DNA of 64,000 nt, taken from assembly GCA_963665235.2 (NCBI GenBank), contig CAXXLX010000001.1:1248001-1312000 (forward strand), written 5' to 3'. Under the pieces are notes generated by a model. It had not been told where the DNA came from. It did no database searches and saw only the letters and a program-made list of their open reading frames with translations. Below, piece after piece: positions 24,636 to 34,881 of this stretch. The position numbers were made by a program, and so were the translations under genes. Source of the DNA: Candidatus Poribacteria bacterium. GTDB lineage: Bacteria > Poribacteria > WGA-4E > WGA-3G. How positions within the stretch are numbered: the first letter of the stretch is position 1; the number at the start of each line of letters is the position of its first letter.

Positions 24636-25163
24636 ATGAATCGTCTAAATAGTTCTCTCTCAGCAATTGCTGTTTTATTGATAATTGTCATCGGTTGTTC
24701 AAGAACGACAAAACCCGCAATGGACGAAGGCGATGAAGAATCCGGCACACAACTTGCCCTGAGCGAAACCTACGACAAGGTTCGAAAGGGTGCCCGACTC
24801 ATCTTAAATTACGACGCACAGAGCAATACCTTTAAAGGGACCGTCGAAAACACCACTGACGAAATCTTGAAGCAGGTTCGCGTTGAAGTCCATTTGTCCA
24901 ACGGGAAGGAGCTCGGTCCAACAACCCCGGGCGACCTCGCCCCCGGTGAAAAAAAGGAAATTCAACTCACCGCAACAAGCACGGACTTTGAGGGATGGAC
25001 TGCACATCCCGAAGTGGGCAGTGGTGAGCAGGGCCACGGTGAAGAAGGCGACAGTGAGCATGGTGACGGCGAACATGACCGCGAGGGCGGTAACAGTGAA
25101 GAAGGTGCCGGTGAACGGGGCGAGGGCGAACATGAACGAGAAGGTGAAAACGAACACCAGTAA
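24636..25163 (+). CDS. lipoprotein with FxLYD-like Ig domain and Glu/Gly/His-rich tail
   Basis: VIGC lipobox; GTVENTT..VRVEV..GDLAPGE. Confidence 0.7.
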   Translation: MNRLNSSLSAIAVLLIIVIGCSRTTKPAMDEGDEESGTQLALSETYDKVRKGARLILNYDAQSNTFKGTVENTTDEILKQVRVEVHLSNGKELGPTTPGDLAPGEKKEIQLTATSTDFEGWTAHPEVGSGEQGHGEEGDSEHGDGEHDREGGNSEEGAGERGEGEHEREGENEHQ

Positions 25164-25318
25164 CCGTTATCTTGAAAATTCTTGAACTCAACGTGAGTTT
25201 GAAAAAAGTTTTCCCTAGTATGAGGAGCGGGCTGCTTGCCCGAATATTGGTTAGTCCTATAGGTAAAATCATCGGGTTGCGCTATGTCTAAATAGGTTTC
25301 TGCTTGCCCGAATACTGG

Positions 25319-25491
25319 TTAGTCCCATAGGGACGATATCTTTATAGAAAACCGTTTCCGCCCCAACTCTTAGTCCCGTAGGGACGATATCTTTATAGAA
25401 GCAGACGTTTCCGCGCGGTCTCTTAGTCCCATAGGGACGATATCTTTATAGAGGTTAGTGCAAGCGGACATTTATTATCAAGCTCACGTTG
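25319..25491 (+). repeat. three palindromic repeat units (51-53 bp period) with conserved tail
   Basis: ttagtcccRtagggacgatatctttataga at 25319, 25370 and 25423. Confidence 0.85.
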
Positions 25492-25536
25492 AACTCAAGA
25501 ATACCTGTCTAATCCCTTTTTCTGAACGGGGACTCG

Positions 25537-25893
25537 ATGCTTGATGTCATCTTTTTTCGCACCCATCACGGAAATGAACCGGTCCGAGAATGGCTTAGCG
25601 ACTTTGATGAGGAAGATGGAAACATACTTGATACTGATATAAACACGGTCGCACAACATTGGCCCCAGGTCTTGGGCACGAACCTTGTTAAGAAGATACA
25701 TGCGGAAGAAAAACTGTGGGAAGTCCGTAGTCGTATCAGTCGAGGGAAACGTATAGCGAGAATTTTGTTTACTATTGAGGAGGAGAAAATAATCCTTCTG
25801 CACGGTTTTATCAAAAAGTCTCAAAAGACTCCACGCAAGGATTTATGGTTGGCACGAAAACGAAGGAAACTATCAAGAACTCGGAGTGTGTGA
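25537..25893 (+). CDS. RelE/HigB (Gp49-like) toxin
   Basis: GNEPVREWL, LWEVR, RIARILF and LLHGFIKKSQKTP. Confidence 0.9.
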   Translation: MLDVIFFRTHHGNEPVREWLSDFDEEDGNILDTDINTVAQHWPQVLGTNLVKKIHAEEKLWEVRSRISRGKRIARILFTIEEEKIILLHGFIKKSQKTPRKDLWLARKRRKLSRTRSV

Positions 25894-25894
25894 C

Positions 25895-26101
25895 ATGAAT
25901 AAACATCACGGAAGCAAGTTTGAGGATTATCTCAAAGAAAAGGGCACGTTTGAGGAAGTGGAAGCACTCACCCAAAAACGTTGGGAAGAGCTGCAAACTC
26001 AAAAATCGTCCGATACGTCTGAAAATATTGAAGCGTCCCCTGGACGCATCCACAGATTTTTTCAATGGCTCCGGCATGCCATTAATCAACTTATTTCATA
26101 A
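25895..26101 (+). CDS. HTH-less HigA-like antitoxin
   Basis: KHHGSKFEDYLKEKGTFEEV and IHRFFQWLRHAI. Confidence 0.7.
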   Translation: MNKHHGSKFEDYLKEKGTFEEVEALTQKRWEELQTQKSSDTSENIEASPGRIHRFFQWLRHAINQLIS

Positions 26102-26119
26102 CTCGGAGCTATACCTCTT

Positions 26120-26734
26120 ATGAAAATCCTATTCACATTCCTATTGATATTCGCGTTCACAGCGGTAGCATACACCGTGGAACCGCCCGAAAATATCCTC
26201 AAAAACGGTGATTTCGACCTTAACCTTGAGCATTGGCATAACTGGGCACATGCCGATGCTATCGTACTCTTCCAGATTGAGAGCAAAAGGGCAGAGCCGG
26301 TCGTTGGAAAAAACGCTGTCCACGTCGCAATTAACAATGCAGGCGATGCAATATGGCACATCCAATTCTATCAACAACCCTTCACGTTGGAGAAAAACAC
26401 AACCTATACCTACAGCTTGTGGGCAAAGAGCGAAAAACCGAGAAGCGTCGTAATGCGCATCCTGCATCAAGGTGACCCGTGGAATGAATACGCCAGACAG
26501 AAAATTAACCTCTCCGAAGAGTGGAAAGAATTCTTCATCACCTTCCAAATGCCTGATAATGATGCCAATTCACGCGCAGGCGTAATTATGGGCACAGAAA
26601 AAGCGGATGTCTGGCTCGACCACATTCGTCTCTACGTGGGCAAATATGTCAGCGATATTGAAGGGGCAGAACCGCACCCCGTTGAACCCGCAGACAAACT
26701 AGCAACGACCTGGGCAAGACTCAAACAAATGTAG
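26120..26734 (+). CDS. secreted CBM4/9-like protein with C-terminal VEP.DKLATTW motif
   Basis: Signal peptide; NILKNGDF, WHIQFYQ, YTYSLWAK and VWLDHI. Confidence 0.8.
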   Translation: MKILFTFLLIFAFTAVAYTVEPPENILKNGDFDLNLEHWHNWAHADAIVLFQIESKRAEPVVGKNAVHVAINNAGDAIWHIQFYQQPFTLEKNTTYTYSLWAKSEKPRSVVMRILHQGDPWNEYARQKINLSEEWKEFFITFQMPDNDANSRAGVIMGTEKADVWLDHIRLYVGKYVSDIEGAEPHPVEPADKLATTWARLKQM

Positions 26735-26749
26735 GATAGAAACGGTTAT

Positions 26750-29362
26750 ATGAAATTATCACTTATTCTCATCATAGCACTTTTCATAGCATACATCCCC
26801 GTTACGGATGCGCTGCCCCCGGATGCAGAGCTTCAAGACGCGATACAGACCGCCCGAAAGTTTGCCAAACTCAAACCACGGTACACTCTGAACGAAGTTA
26901 CGGAATGTGCAACCGATAGTTTTGTCACCCTCGCCAAAAATTGGCGAAACCTTCCATCCACCTATAAACGCGAACTCAAAGGAATTTTCCTGAGACCCGG
27001 GCTCCCCGGCAGCTTTTTCGGTGAGGTAGAACTACCAGAACAATTCAACACCACCCATTTCCGACTTCATTACACACGTGTCGGCCCGCATGCCCCCCCG
27101 CTTGAGGATTTTCACCCACGTAACGGTGTCCCCGATTATGTCGACCTATGTGCCGATGCCATGGAACGCTCGTATCGTGTCCAAATTGACCTGATGGGAT
27201 TCAAGGCACCTTACACCGATTTTTGGGCGGAGCAGAACGGCGGCGACCATAAATATGATGTTTATCTTTTTACATTCCCCGCATTTGGTATTACGACTGC
27301 CGACTGGTTTGAAGGGCGCGTGTTATCTACAGTGTTGACAATTGCCCCCTATTTCATGATTAACGCTCGCATCTACGATTATGTCGGAAAATCTGAGGGA
27401 ATCCGGTATCTGGAGACAACCTGCGCCCATGAATTCCTGCACGGCATTCAGTTCACCTATAACGCCTATATGCCGACGTGGTTCATGGAAGCCTCCGCAA
27501 CATGGATAGAGGTTATGACCTACGATGGCGGGGTCATTGACGATGGCGACACACTTCCCGACCCGGATGAACCGAACGAGACGAATGCCTATAACTATTA
27601 TATCCATCAACTCCGCCGCTGGCTTCACATCCCCGATATCTCCCTCGAAAGCCGCATCGGGGACCACGAGTACGGCTCCGTTATTTGGACGTTGTATCTG
27701 GCGGAAAGATTCGGTTATGACATCGTCCGGCAATTTTATACACATACGACTGAGGGAAGTTATCGCGAGATGGGCAATTTCTACGACATCTTTATTGACA
27801 ACGGCACTACGCTTGCTGAGGCGTTCAAAACTTTTACGGTATGGAATTATTTCACACATACCCGTGCCGGTACACATCCCACGCTGCCGGGCTATAGAAA
27901 CGCGCACCGCTTTCCCCCAGTTGCCATTCATCCGAACAGTGTCCACGCCGCCTATCCTATTCGTGTGGATTTCAATTCGGAATCCATGCCGGAGCATTTT
28001 GCATCGCGATATATTGTCTTCCGTCCGGTGGGGATTACCCCTGAATTTGCTATCAAAATAGATGGGGCAGACCTCGCCCCGGTAGATATGAGCCGCCTTA
28101 CAGGGATTGACCAGACGCGTATACAACAGGAACTTTCACGGCACAGGAACACCGGCTTGCGCGGGTGGGCAGCCAAATTTATCGTCAAAAAACGCAACGG
28201 AAGCACCGAAGTCAGAGAAGCATTCACCTATCAACGCTCACAAGAAGCACAGCTGACGTTCACAGATTTCGGTGGGGACATTCAGGAAATTGTACTTATC
28301 CTTATCAATATGCACCCTGATGTTGAGCAGGTTATCATCCCTGGCGGCACTTTCGGCGGGAGTGTCAGTTATATCGCAGGGGTGCCACCGGCTGGTCAAC
28401 TTTCAAACGCGCAAGTCTCACAAGGCAGCATCGGGCCACTCGTCAAATGGACAGTTGATGACCCTACCGACATTCAGACAGTCGCTATCGTCAGAAAACG
28501 TTATATATTAAACAGTGAAACGGATACGCCTGAACCCTTTCAAACCGACGATGAAGTCCGGGCCGCTGTGGATAGAAACGGGGATGGCATCCCTGAAGAC
28601 GATATAACTGTCGTTGGATACGCGGGATTGACGCAAACCCAATTTGAAGACACGACTGTCTTTCAAGACGTTAATTTGGACAACATCGACCCAGATAGGG
28701 TTCACTGGATTCACTACGCTTATGCGGTTGTTCCTGTTAGCGCATCCGGTATTATGGGAACACCTATCATTGTGCCAGAGAGTATTGCGCCGAGCGTGGA
28801 TACCGCAAACGGTGCGCCTGCCTTCTTTATCAGCACACACCCACACGGTACAGGCGAGTGGCATGTGGAAGTTCAAAGTACACAGCGCCTGCAAAGCGCG
28901 CCGCTCCTGACAGTGGAAACGCCTAAGCGAGACAATTACACCATTGTTTTAACACAAGAATCCGCAACAAAATGGCGTGGAACTTTGCAAACAAACGGAT
29001 TTCCACCGACTGGCAGCTATCTCTATAACATTATCGGGCAAACACCTGCCGGTATAACAGGAACGCAAATTTGGCAAGGCAGAATCTTCAATTATGTCGA
29101 AAATATCGCAAGCCGGCGCGTTTTAGTCGCACCAAACCCACTCCGAGCGGGAAACGGAGACCAACACCTGACCTTTTATCCGAAGGGCTTAACCGTCGAA
29201 ATCTACGATATCCTCGGAAATTTAATTAAGGTCATGAATAACGCATCCCAGTGGGATTGCACAAACCAACGCGGTGAAAAAGTTTGCACCGGGCTATACT
29301 TTTTCCGAGCAACCGATGGGAACGGTTTTCAAAGCACAGGAAAATTTACCATAGTGAAATAA
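26750..29362 (+). CDS. secreted zinc metalloprotease (MXAN_6640-like) with FlgD/T9SS-like C-terminal domain
   Basis: HEFLH..WFMEA; APNP..EIYDILG..WD...RGEKV.TGLYF..GKFTIVK. Confidence 0.8.
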   Translation: MKLSLILIIALFIAYIPVTDALPPDAELQDAIQTARKFAKLKPRYTLNEVTECATDSFVTLAKNWRNLPSTYKRELKGIFLRPGLPGSFFGEVELPEQFNTTHFRLHYTRVGPHAPPLEDFHPRNGVPDYVDLCADAMERSYRVQIDLMGFKAPYTDFWAEQNGGDHKYDVYLFTFPAFGITTADWFEGRVLSTVLTIAPYFMINARIYDYVGKSEGIRYLETTCAHEFLHGIQFTYNAYMPTWFMEASATWIEVMTYDGGVIDDGDTLPDPDEPNETNAYNYYIHQLRRWLHIPDISLESRIGDHEYGSVIWTLYLAERFGYDIVRQFYTHTTEGSYREMGNFYDIFIDNGTTLAEAFKTFTVWNYFTHTRAGTHPTLPGYRNAHRFPPVAIHPNSVHAAYPIRVDFNSESMPEHFASRYIVFRPVGITPEFAIKIDGADLAPVDMSRLTGIDQTRIQQELSRHRNTGLRGWAAKFIVKKRNGSTEVREAFTYQRSQEAQLTFTDFGGDIQEIVLILINMHPDVEQVIIPGGTFGGSVSYIAGVPPAGQLSNAQVSQGSIGPLVKWTVDDPTDIQTVAIVRKRYILNSETDTPEPFQTDDEVRAAVDRNGDGIPEDDITVVGYAGLTQTQFEDTTVFQDVNLDNIDPDRVHWIHYAYAVVPVSASGIMGTPIIVPESIAPSVDTANGAPAFFISTHPHGTGEWHVEVQSTQRLQSAPLLTVETPKRDNYTIVLTQESATKWRGTLQTNGFPPTGSYLYNIIGQTPAGITGTQIWQGRIFNYVENIASRRVLVAPNPLRAGNGDQHLTFYPKGLTVEIYDILGNLIKVMNNASQWDCTNQRGEKVCTGLYFFRATDGNGFQSTGKFTIVK

Positions 29363-30192
29363 TGAAAAATTACAACGTGTTTATATCTTATTACATCGCT
29401 GCCCTTTTCTTACTGCTTCTCGTCAGTTGTGGCGAAGAGGGACTGCTTGACCCGCATGGTGAAAACACACTGCCCTCTCCGTATACACCAGATGCCTTGT
29501 ATGCCATTGATTTTCCGACAGATGCAGGGTCGGCTTGGACCTACCTTAATGTTGACAGCAATCAGGAATTCACGCTTCGCGTTGAAGGTACACGCGACAT
29601 TAGTGGGACAACGCATCGGCAGATGACGGTCAGCGAACTCCTCCCTTTCGACTCCAGTCAATTCTCGGTTGAGCACTTGGCAGCGAACGCATACTACCTG
29701 CGATATTTTGAGACCGATTTCATAGGCGTTACACTGCCGATTTTGTCAACCTACTTTATTAAGACCCCGCAAACGTTGGTAGAATCCGCGTTTGATATCT
29801 TTATCCCTTTGCTGCCCAATCCTGTATTTCACGAAAAACATTTTCCACCCCGCCGTCTATGGGATTTTCCGTTGGAGGTCGGAAAAGAGTGGGTCGTATT
29901 TGAAAAAACTGCCGGAATACCTGTATCTGTGACCCGTTTCGTCGCGGAGAAGAATGTTTCGGTTACTGTACCTGCTGGCACTTACAGTACTTATGTCGTT
30001 TACGAGGAGGTCGTTTACGGTGTCAGCGACGACCCATCAATTCGCCTGATTAGTCCCCCCGCAGTTTATTGGGTTGCGCCATCAGTCGGGGTTGTCAAGT
30101 ATAGATACAGCCGTTACCGTGCTACCGATACTTTGGCTTCACGTACCTTCGCGCTGAAAAGCTTTTACTTACCAGGGCCGAATACGGATTAA
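29362..30192 (+). CDS. hypothetical lipoprotein
   Basis: LVSC lipobox; VTVPAGTY..YWVAPSVGVVK; ATG overlaps the upstream stop. Confidence 0.7.
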   Translation: MKNYNVFISYYIAALFLLLLVSCGEEGLLDPHGENTLPSPYTPDALYAIDFPTDAGSAWTYLNVDSNQEFTLRVEGTRDISGTTHRQMTVSELLPFDSSQFSVEHLAANAYYLRYFETDFIGVTLPILSTYFIKTPQTLVESAFDIFIPLLPNPVFHEKHFPPRRLWDFPLEVGKEWVVFEKTAGIPVSVTRFVAEKNVSVTVPAGTYSTYVVYEEVVYGVSDDPSIRLISPPAVYWVAPSVGVVKYRYSRYRATDTLASRTFALKSFYLPGPNTD

Positions 30193-30195
30193 AAA

Positions 30196-31422
30196 ATGAA
30201 AACGCTTGCTCACCGAAATATTCCTGTCACTATCATCGGTGGGGGGATACACGGCATCTCAATTGCACATCGGCTGCTACGCGATATGCCAGCCGCAGCG
30301 AAACATCTTGCAATTGTGGATAGGCATCCCCAGCCGCTTGCACAATGGAAACGCAAAACGGAACGCCAAGGCATGACGTTTCTCCGCTCCCCTGTAGTAC
30401 ATCACATCACGCCTGAGGCTTTGGGTATCGTTGAATATGCCGAACGCCACAACCGAACCGCTGAATTGGCACCGCCATATTCGCAACCTTCTACCGCGCT
30501 TTTTTGGGATTTCTGTGAGGAGACAGTGTCGAAAATCCGGTCTATAGGTCATGAAGTCTATTATCGGTTTGAGGTGGCTAAATTACGGTGGGACAAGGGG
30601 GCAGACAGATTTCCGTTCCGCCTGATTTCAACGAACAATCAAGGGTTTCGCAGCAGCTGTGTTATCCTTGCCATCGGCTCCGACGACTGTGCTTATGTCC
30701 CACCAGAGTTCACCGAATGGCAACGCCAACACCCTGAAAAGATTTTACATGCATCACAATTTTCCGTGAATTTAGATGATAACGGTAAAATTGTGATAGT
30801 TGGCGGCGGATTAACAGCAGGAACGTTTGCAAGAAGCCTTAGCGAACAGGGACATCACGTCGTGTTAATTGCTCGAAAGCAGTTGAAAACCGAACAGTTC
30901 GATTTTCCACCGAGATGGCTAGGGCCCAAAGCACTTGCTGAATTTGGGAGGGAGTCTCTTCATTTTCGGCAGCGATACCAGATTATTAAAGAAAATAGGG
31001 GAGAAGGCAGCATAACCCCCGATGTGATGGAAACTTTGAAAAATACCGCAAACGTGCATATCTATCCCGAAACCTATATCTGCAACATCGTTGCTGCGAA
31101 AGATAACAGCTTACAAGTTGAAACAACGCGCGGGAGAATTGCAGACGTATCTCGCGTTATTCTTGCAACAGGGTATAGATTTAACCTGCACCGGTACGGC
31201 TTTTTGACAGAGTTAATCGCACAACACAGGATTCCGCTTGTCTGTGGTTTACCTTGCCTCGATGTAGATTTACAACTCCATCCGATCCAGAATCTGTTTG
31301 GCTCTGGAACGATTGCGCAGCTTCAGATAGGCCCGGCAGCAGGCAATATTGCCGGGGCACGCCTCGCTTATGAACGTTTTCATGAAAAGTTGCTCGCGCA
31401 CATTCCACAAACAACGTTCTGA
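30196..31422 (+). CDS. FAD/NAD(P)-dependent oxidoreductase (lysine N6-hydroxylase-like)
   Basis: GGGIHG, LRSP, GGGLTA and LATGY. Confidence 0.8.
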   Translation: MKTLAHRNIPVTIIGGGIHGISIAHRLLRDMPAAAKHLAIVDRHPQPLAQWKRKTERQGMTFLRSPVVHHITPEALGIVEYAERHNRTAELAPPYSQPSTALFWDFCEETVSKIRSIGHEVYYRFEVAKLRWDKGADRFPFRLISTNNQGFRSSCVILAIGSDDCAYVPPEFTEWQRQHPEKILHASQFSVNLDDNGKIVIVGGGLTAGTFARSLSEQGHHVVLIARKQLKTEQFDFPPRWLGPKALAEFGRESLHFRQRYQIIKENRGEGSITPDVMETLKNTANVHIYPETYICNIVAAKDNSLQVETTRGRIADVSRVILATGYRFNLHRYGFLTELIAQHRIPLVCGLPCLDVDLQLHPIQNLFGSGTIAQLQIGPAAGNIAGARLAYERFHEKLLAHIPQTTF

Positions 31423-31425
31423 GAA

Positions 31426-32313
31426 TTATCGCGTTAGGGCATAAGCCACAACGTTCATTCCCTGTTCAAATGCCCAAATTCGCTGCTCCTCACCGCCAGG
31501 CTCACACAGTCTTCCTTCCCATGCACAATTCAGGTCACTTGGGCAGAAGTAGACCATCACCTTGTCATCGTCCATGATTGCCTCATCATACGCAAATTTC
31601 TCAATCAGTTTATCACCACCGAGATACTCGTTATGCGGGTACAGGGTGTGGTAAATCGGATGACTTATATCCAAACGTTCGAATTTCTTTTCGGGATAAA
31701 CCCGCTGCATCATCCTGACAATTTGCGGTCGGAAATAATCAAAACGGATGTCGCAATCCTCGACGTGAAGGAAACCGCCGCGTTCAAAGTATTCCCGCAA
31801 CTTACGCACCTGCATATCGGAAATTTGCAGTCCGCGGCGTGTCCTACCGTGGCCTGTCATGAAGATAAACGGATAATCAAACAACCATGCATCATCAATG
31901 TCTATATACTGCGGGTGTCTGCGAACGTCAACATCAATAGCAGTGTTCGCGTGGAGCAGCTGCGAAAACTTCAAATCTGACTGCCAAAGATAGGTGTTGA
32001 CAAGGTTAGTATACCAATCGCCCCCGGGATATTTGAGTCGGACAAACGTGAATTTTTCGCCTGTCGGCTCCATACCGGGGTGGTGATGTTCAATGATTTC
32101 CCGTCTGCCAGTGCGTGAGCTATAGCCCCAGTGGATATCGTTTTTAGAATCGTAGGGGATATATTCCCCGAACTGCGACTGCGCCTGCACGGACCGAATC
32201 AATCCACCGCCAGCGGCAGCAGACGTGGCAAGCCCCACACCGCTTTTGATAAAAGCACGTCGTGAAAAACGACGGGTATTTTTCTTATCTGTTTGGCTCC
32301 TGTTAATTGACAT
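31426..32313 (-). CDS. DUF4159 family protein with Tat signal
   Basis: SRRAFIK; YPFIFMTGHG, YFERGGFL and GMNVVAYALT; start placed after GGAG RBS. Confidence 0.8.
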   Translation of the reverse strand: MSINRSQTDKKNTRRFSRRAFIKSGVGLATSAAAGGGLIRSVQAQSQFGEYIPYDSKNDIHWGYSSRTGRREIIEHHHPGMEPTGEKFTFVRLKYPGGDWYTNLVNTYLWQSDLKFSQLLHANTAIDVDVRRHPQYIDIDDAWLFDYPFIFMTGHGRTRRGLQISDMQVRKLREYFERGGFLHVEDCDIRFDYFRPQIVRMMQRVYPEKKFERLDISHPIYHTLYPHNEYLGGDKLIEKFAYDEAIMDDDKVMVYFCPSDLNCAWEGRLCEPGGEEQRIWAFEQGMNVVAYALTR

Positions 32314-32357
32314 GTGTTTTCTCCTTAGCGTAGCTGCCAATAGAGGGGTCAAGTTTT

Positions 32358-33968
32358 CTAATACGGTTTACCTAAAAGTTCAAACGTAACGCTCTGTGCT
32401 GCGCCGCCTTGCATTTTGGACGAAGTTCGGTCACTTGCGATAGCCCGGATGCGATGTGTTGCGATGCCGAGTTGGCGGAGAGCTTTCGCCGCCGCTTCAG
32501 CCCGTTGTGAAGCAAGAATCCTATTCGCCGCTGGGTCACCCTCCTTCCGCGTGTGTCCAACGACCCGGAGGTAATATTGCGGAAACGATTTCAGGTTTGA
32601 TGCAATGTCTGCCAGCGCACGTTGGCTCCCGGGCAGAATGCGAGCATTCCCCCTGCCAAATTGGATAGGGTCTATTTTCATCGCCGCGACAGGGGCGAGC
32701 GTGTTCCAATTTGCATCGGATAGCGGATTTAGCGATGCCGTTTCACGCACCTGTTCGGATGCTACTGGTACCGCCTCAACAAAAATATCGTCTAACCCAT
32801 TCGTGTTATTTGGGTTCAGCTTACCCGGATGGAATTTGTCGTGATGAAGGGAACGCAGAATGCCTTCAAAGAAGAGACGCTCATAGTTGCCCGATAATGG
32901 GTCGGCAGGAAGCGATCTTGTCTTCACTAACACCTGCATTATTTTACCAATCATCGTCTCTAATTTTTCAGAGGTTTTCGCTTCCGCTCCAGAAATCACA
33001 CCGAAATGCGCGTAATTCTCAACGGTGTTACGCCATTCAATCCCCTTAACGAGTTTGTTCGCCTCATTTCGGTTAAGCGAATCGCCATACTGCTTCGCAT
33101 CCGACTCAATTAAGGTGAGCAATCCATCCGGTTGGTTATTGTAGTCATAATTTGCGCGGAGATACGCTTGTACGACCTGCGTGACGAGTTCGCTTTGGGC
33201 ATCCAAGAACTCACGTTGTACCACAAGCACATCTACGATATATCCCTTTAGTTTTGAGCTGTCTAATAGCAGATGTACTCCATCGATTGTAAGTGCCTTT
33301 GTCACGTAAGGCTCCCACAGCACATAGGCAGTTGGCTGATCCGGATCGGCGGATTTGAGCTTTTTATAGACAGCTTCTGCCCCATCAGCCTCCGATGCCC
33401 AAGAGGCAGGCAGGCTCGGCAAACTCATCGTGTTAATCATAATCCGCGCCAACGTTTCACTGGGGGAATCCGGTGTCAGGACGATGCGTGCCTGCGGATT
33501 GCTCAAGCTGGGAATTTGTGGAACCCCCCGTTTATGTGCGACAATTGCATCTGCCCCCTTCGATTCATCTATAACCAGCACAATTGAACCGGGGAACTCA
33601 CCGATAGCACTGCCAGCTTTGAGATATGCATCAATCGTGAAGACCGCCATTTGCACCTTTCCGCTTTTCAGGGCGCGCGCCCGCTTTACGTAGTCCGCCT
33701 TATCGTCAACGAAGGTGAGTTTAATCGCTTGTTGGTCAAGTATGTTCTTGACTGCCGGAGAACGCAGGATGGCATACCCCGGAAAAGAGTCATGTGCCAC
33801 TTTGATTTCGTGGTCATAACGTTGTGTGCTTGTCTTTTCAACGAGTTTTTCGTGTTTTTTACCAAGGCGCGGCTCAACGACGAACTTATACACAAGCCCA
33901 ACTATCCCGACGATAATGAGCCAGCATGCCACCATGATGATTTTGCTTCTTTTCGCTTTAGCTTCCAT
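32358..33968 (-). CDS. NMT1/ABC substrate-binding domain fused to OmpA-like domain
   Basis: N-terminal TM; DESKGADAIV, LWEPY, VVGHT and LASQRAEA. Confidence 0.8.
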   Translation of the reverse strand: MEAKAKRSKIIMVACWLIIVGIVGLVYKFVVEPRLGKKHEKLVEKTSTQRYDHEIKVAHDSFPGYAILRSPAVKNILDQQAIKLTFVDDKADYVKRARALKSGKVQMAVFTIDAYLKAGSAIGEFPGSIVLVIDESKGADAIVAHKRGVPQIPSLSNPQARIVLTPDSPSETLARIMINTMSLPSLPASWASEADGAEAVYKKLKSADPDQPTAYVLWEPYVTKALTIDGVHLLLDSSKLKGYIVDVLVVQREFLDAQSELVTQVVQAYLRANYDYNNQPDGLLTLIESDAKQYGDSLNRNEANKLVKGIEWRNTVENYAHFGVISGAEAKTSEKLETMIGKIMQVLVKTRSLPADPLSGNYERLFFEGILRSLHHDKFHPGKLNPNNTNGLDDIFVEAVPVASEQVRETASLNPLSDANWNTLAPVAAMKIDPIQFGRGNARILPGSQRALADIASNLKSFPQYYLRVVGHTRKEGDPAANRILASQRAEAAAKALRQLGIATHRIRAIASDRTSSKMQGGAAQSVTFELLGKPY

Positions 33969-34009
33969 AGTTTCCGTTTCCTTAAATACGTGTGGGTTTT
34001 CACATCTCT

Positions 34010-34849
34010 TTATCGGTTATTAAGTTGTGCGCGAACTTTTTCTATTTCAACCTCGAGTTCCTGTATGCGTTGCGCTTCCGCCGCAGCGGTTGCCTCCGCG
34101 TTTCGCCTGCGTTGTGCTTCCTCCGCAGCGGTTGCTTCTGCGTTTTGTCTGCATTGTGTTTCCTGCTTCCTGAGGCGCGCTTCCTCCATAGAAGTCGTCA
34201 GAGGTGTCCCATCCGGCAAATAGGTCCGTAATAACCTAATACCATCTACACGTTCCTCCCAACCGAACCAGAGATTCAGTGCCCTGCTGAACAACTCACC
34301 TTGTACATTCGGCTTGAGCTCCTCAATGTTCCCTGAAACCGTTCGCCGCCACCCGCGAAACTCCACAGGCTCCGCAGGGTCAGGTTGATGGACGTAGTAT
34401 TCCTGAGCCCCCATCTCTGACAGATAGATGTGCCGCTTCTCTACCTGATGCTGCTCCGATGTGTTATAGTCCAGAAACTCAAACACAGCAATAGGAGGGA
34501 CACCCTCCGCCCAAGTATAAAAACTATACCGCAGCGGAGTTTTACTCACGCCAAATACAATGAAGAGATCCGGCACAACGTACTTTGTCACATCATCTTC
34601 ACGGTAATACACGAAGTTGTTCATACCTACGTATACATTCGGCTCGTCCATATAATAGCGAATGAGTTGCTCGAATAGGATTGCCATCTGTTGAACGTGA
34701 ATCCCTGTCACTCCCATAGGTTCATCATCCTCATAAGGATAACCTTCGATGTAAACGGTGGGTTTGCCCTTCGCCATTGGAAAAGTGGGAATATACTTTC
34801 TTCGTTTGGCATCGAAATCGTTGATAAGATCCATAATTTTCTCCAACAC
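34010..34849 (-). CDS. Uma2 family (PD-(D/E)xK) endonuclease-like protein
   Basis: YP..DDEPM, VVPDLFIVFGV, P.AVFEFL; coiled-coil repeat tail. Confidence 0.85.
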   Translation of the reverse strand: MLEKIMDLINDFDAKRRKYIPTFPMAKGKPTVYIEGYPYEDDEPMGVTGIHVQQMAILFEQLIRYYMDEPNVYVGMNNFVYYREDDVTKYVVPDLFIVFGVSKTPLRYSFYTWAEGVPPIAVFEFLDYNTSEQHQVEKRHIYLSEMGAQEYYVHQPDPAEPVEFRGWRRTVSGNIEELKPNVQGELFSRALNLWFGWEERVDGIRLLRTYLPDGTPLTTSMEEARLRKQETQCRQNAEATAAEEAQRRRNAEATAAAEAQRIQELEVEIEKVRAQLNNR

Positions 34850-34881
34850 GTATCAGGTGTGCCTTCCACTTTCGGTCAACC

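Noticed and set aside
25319-25491. CRISPR array
   Set aside because: Only three repeats, short linkers similar to each other (identical in the 17808 copy), and no cas genes; kept as a repeat family
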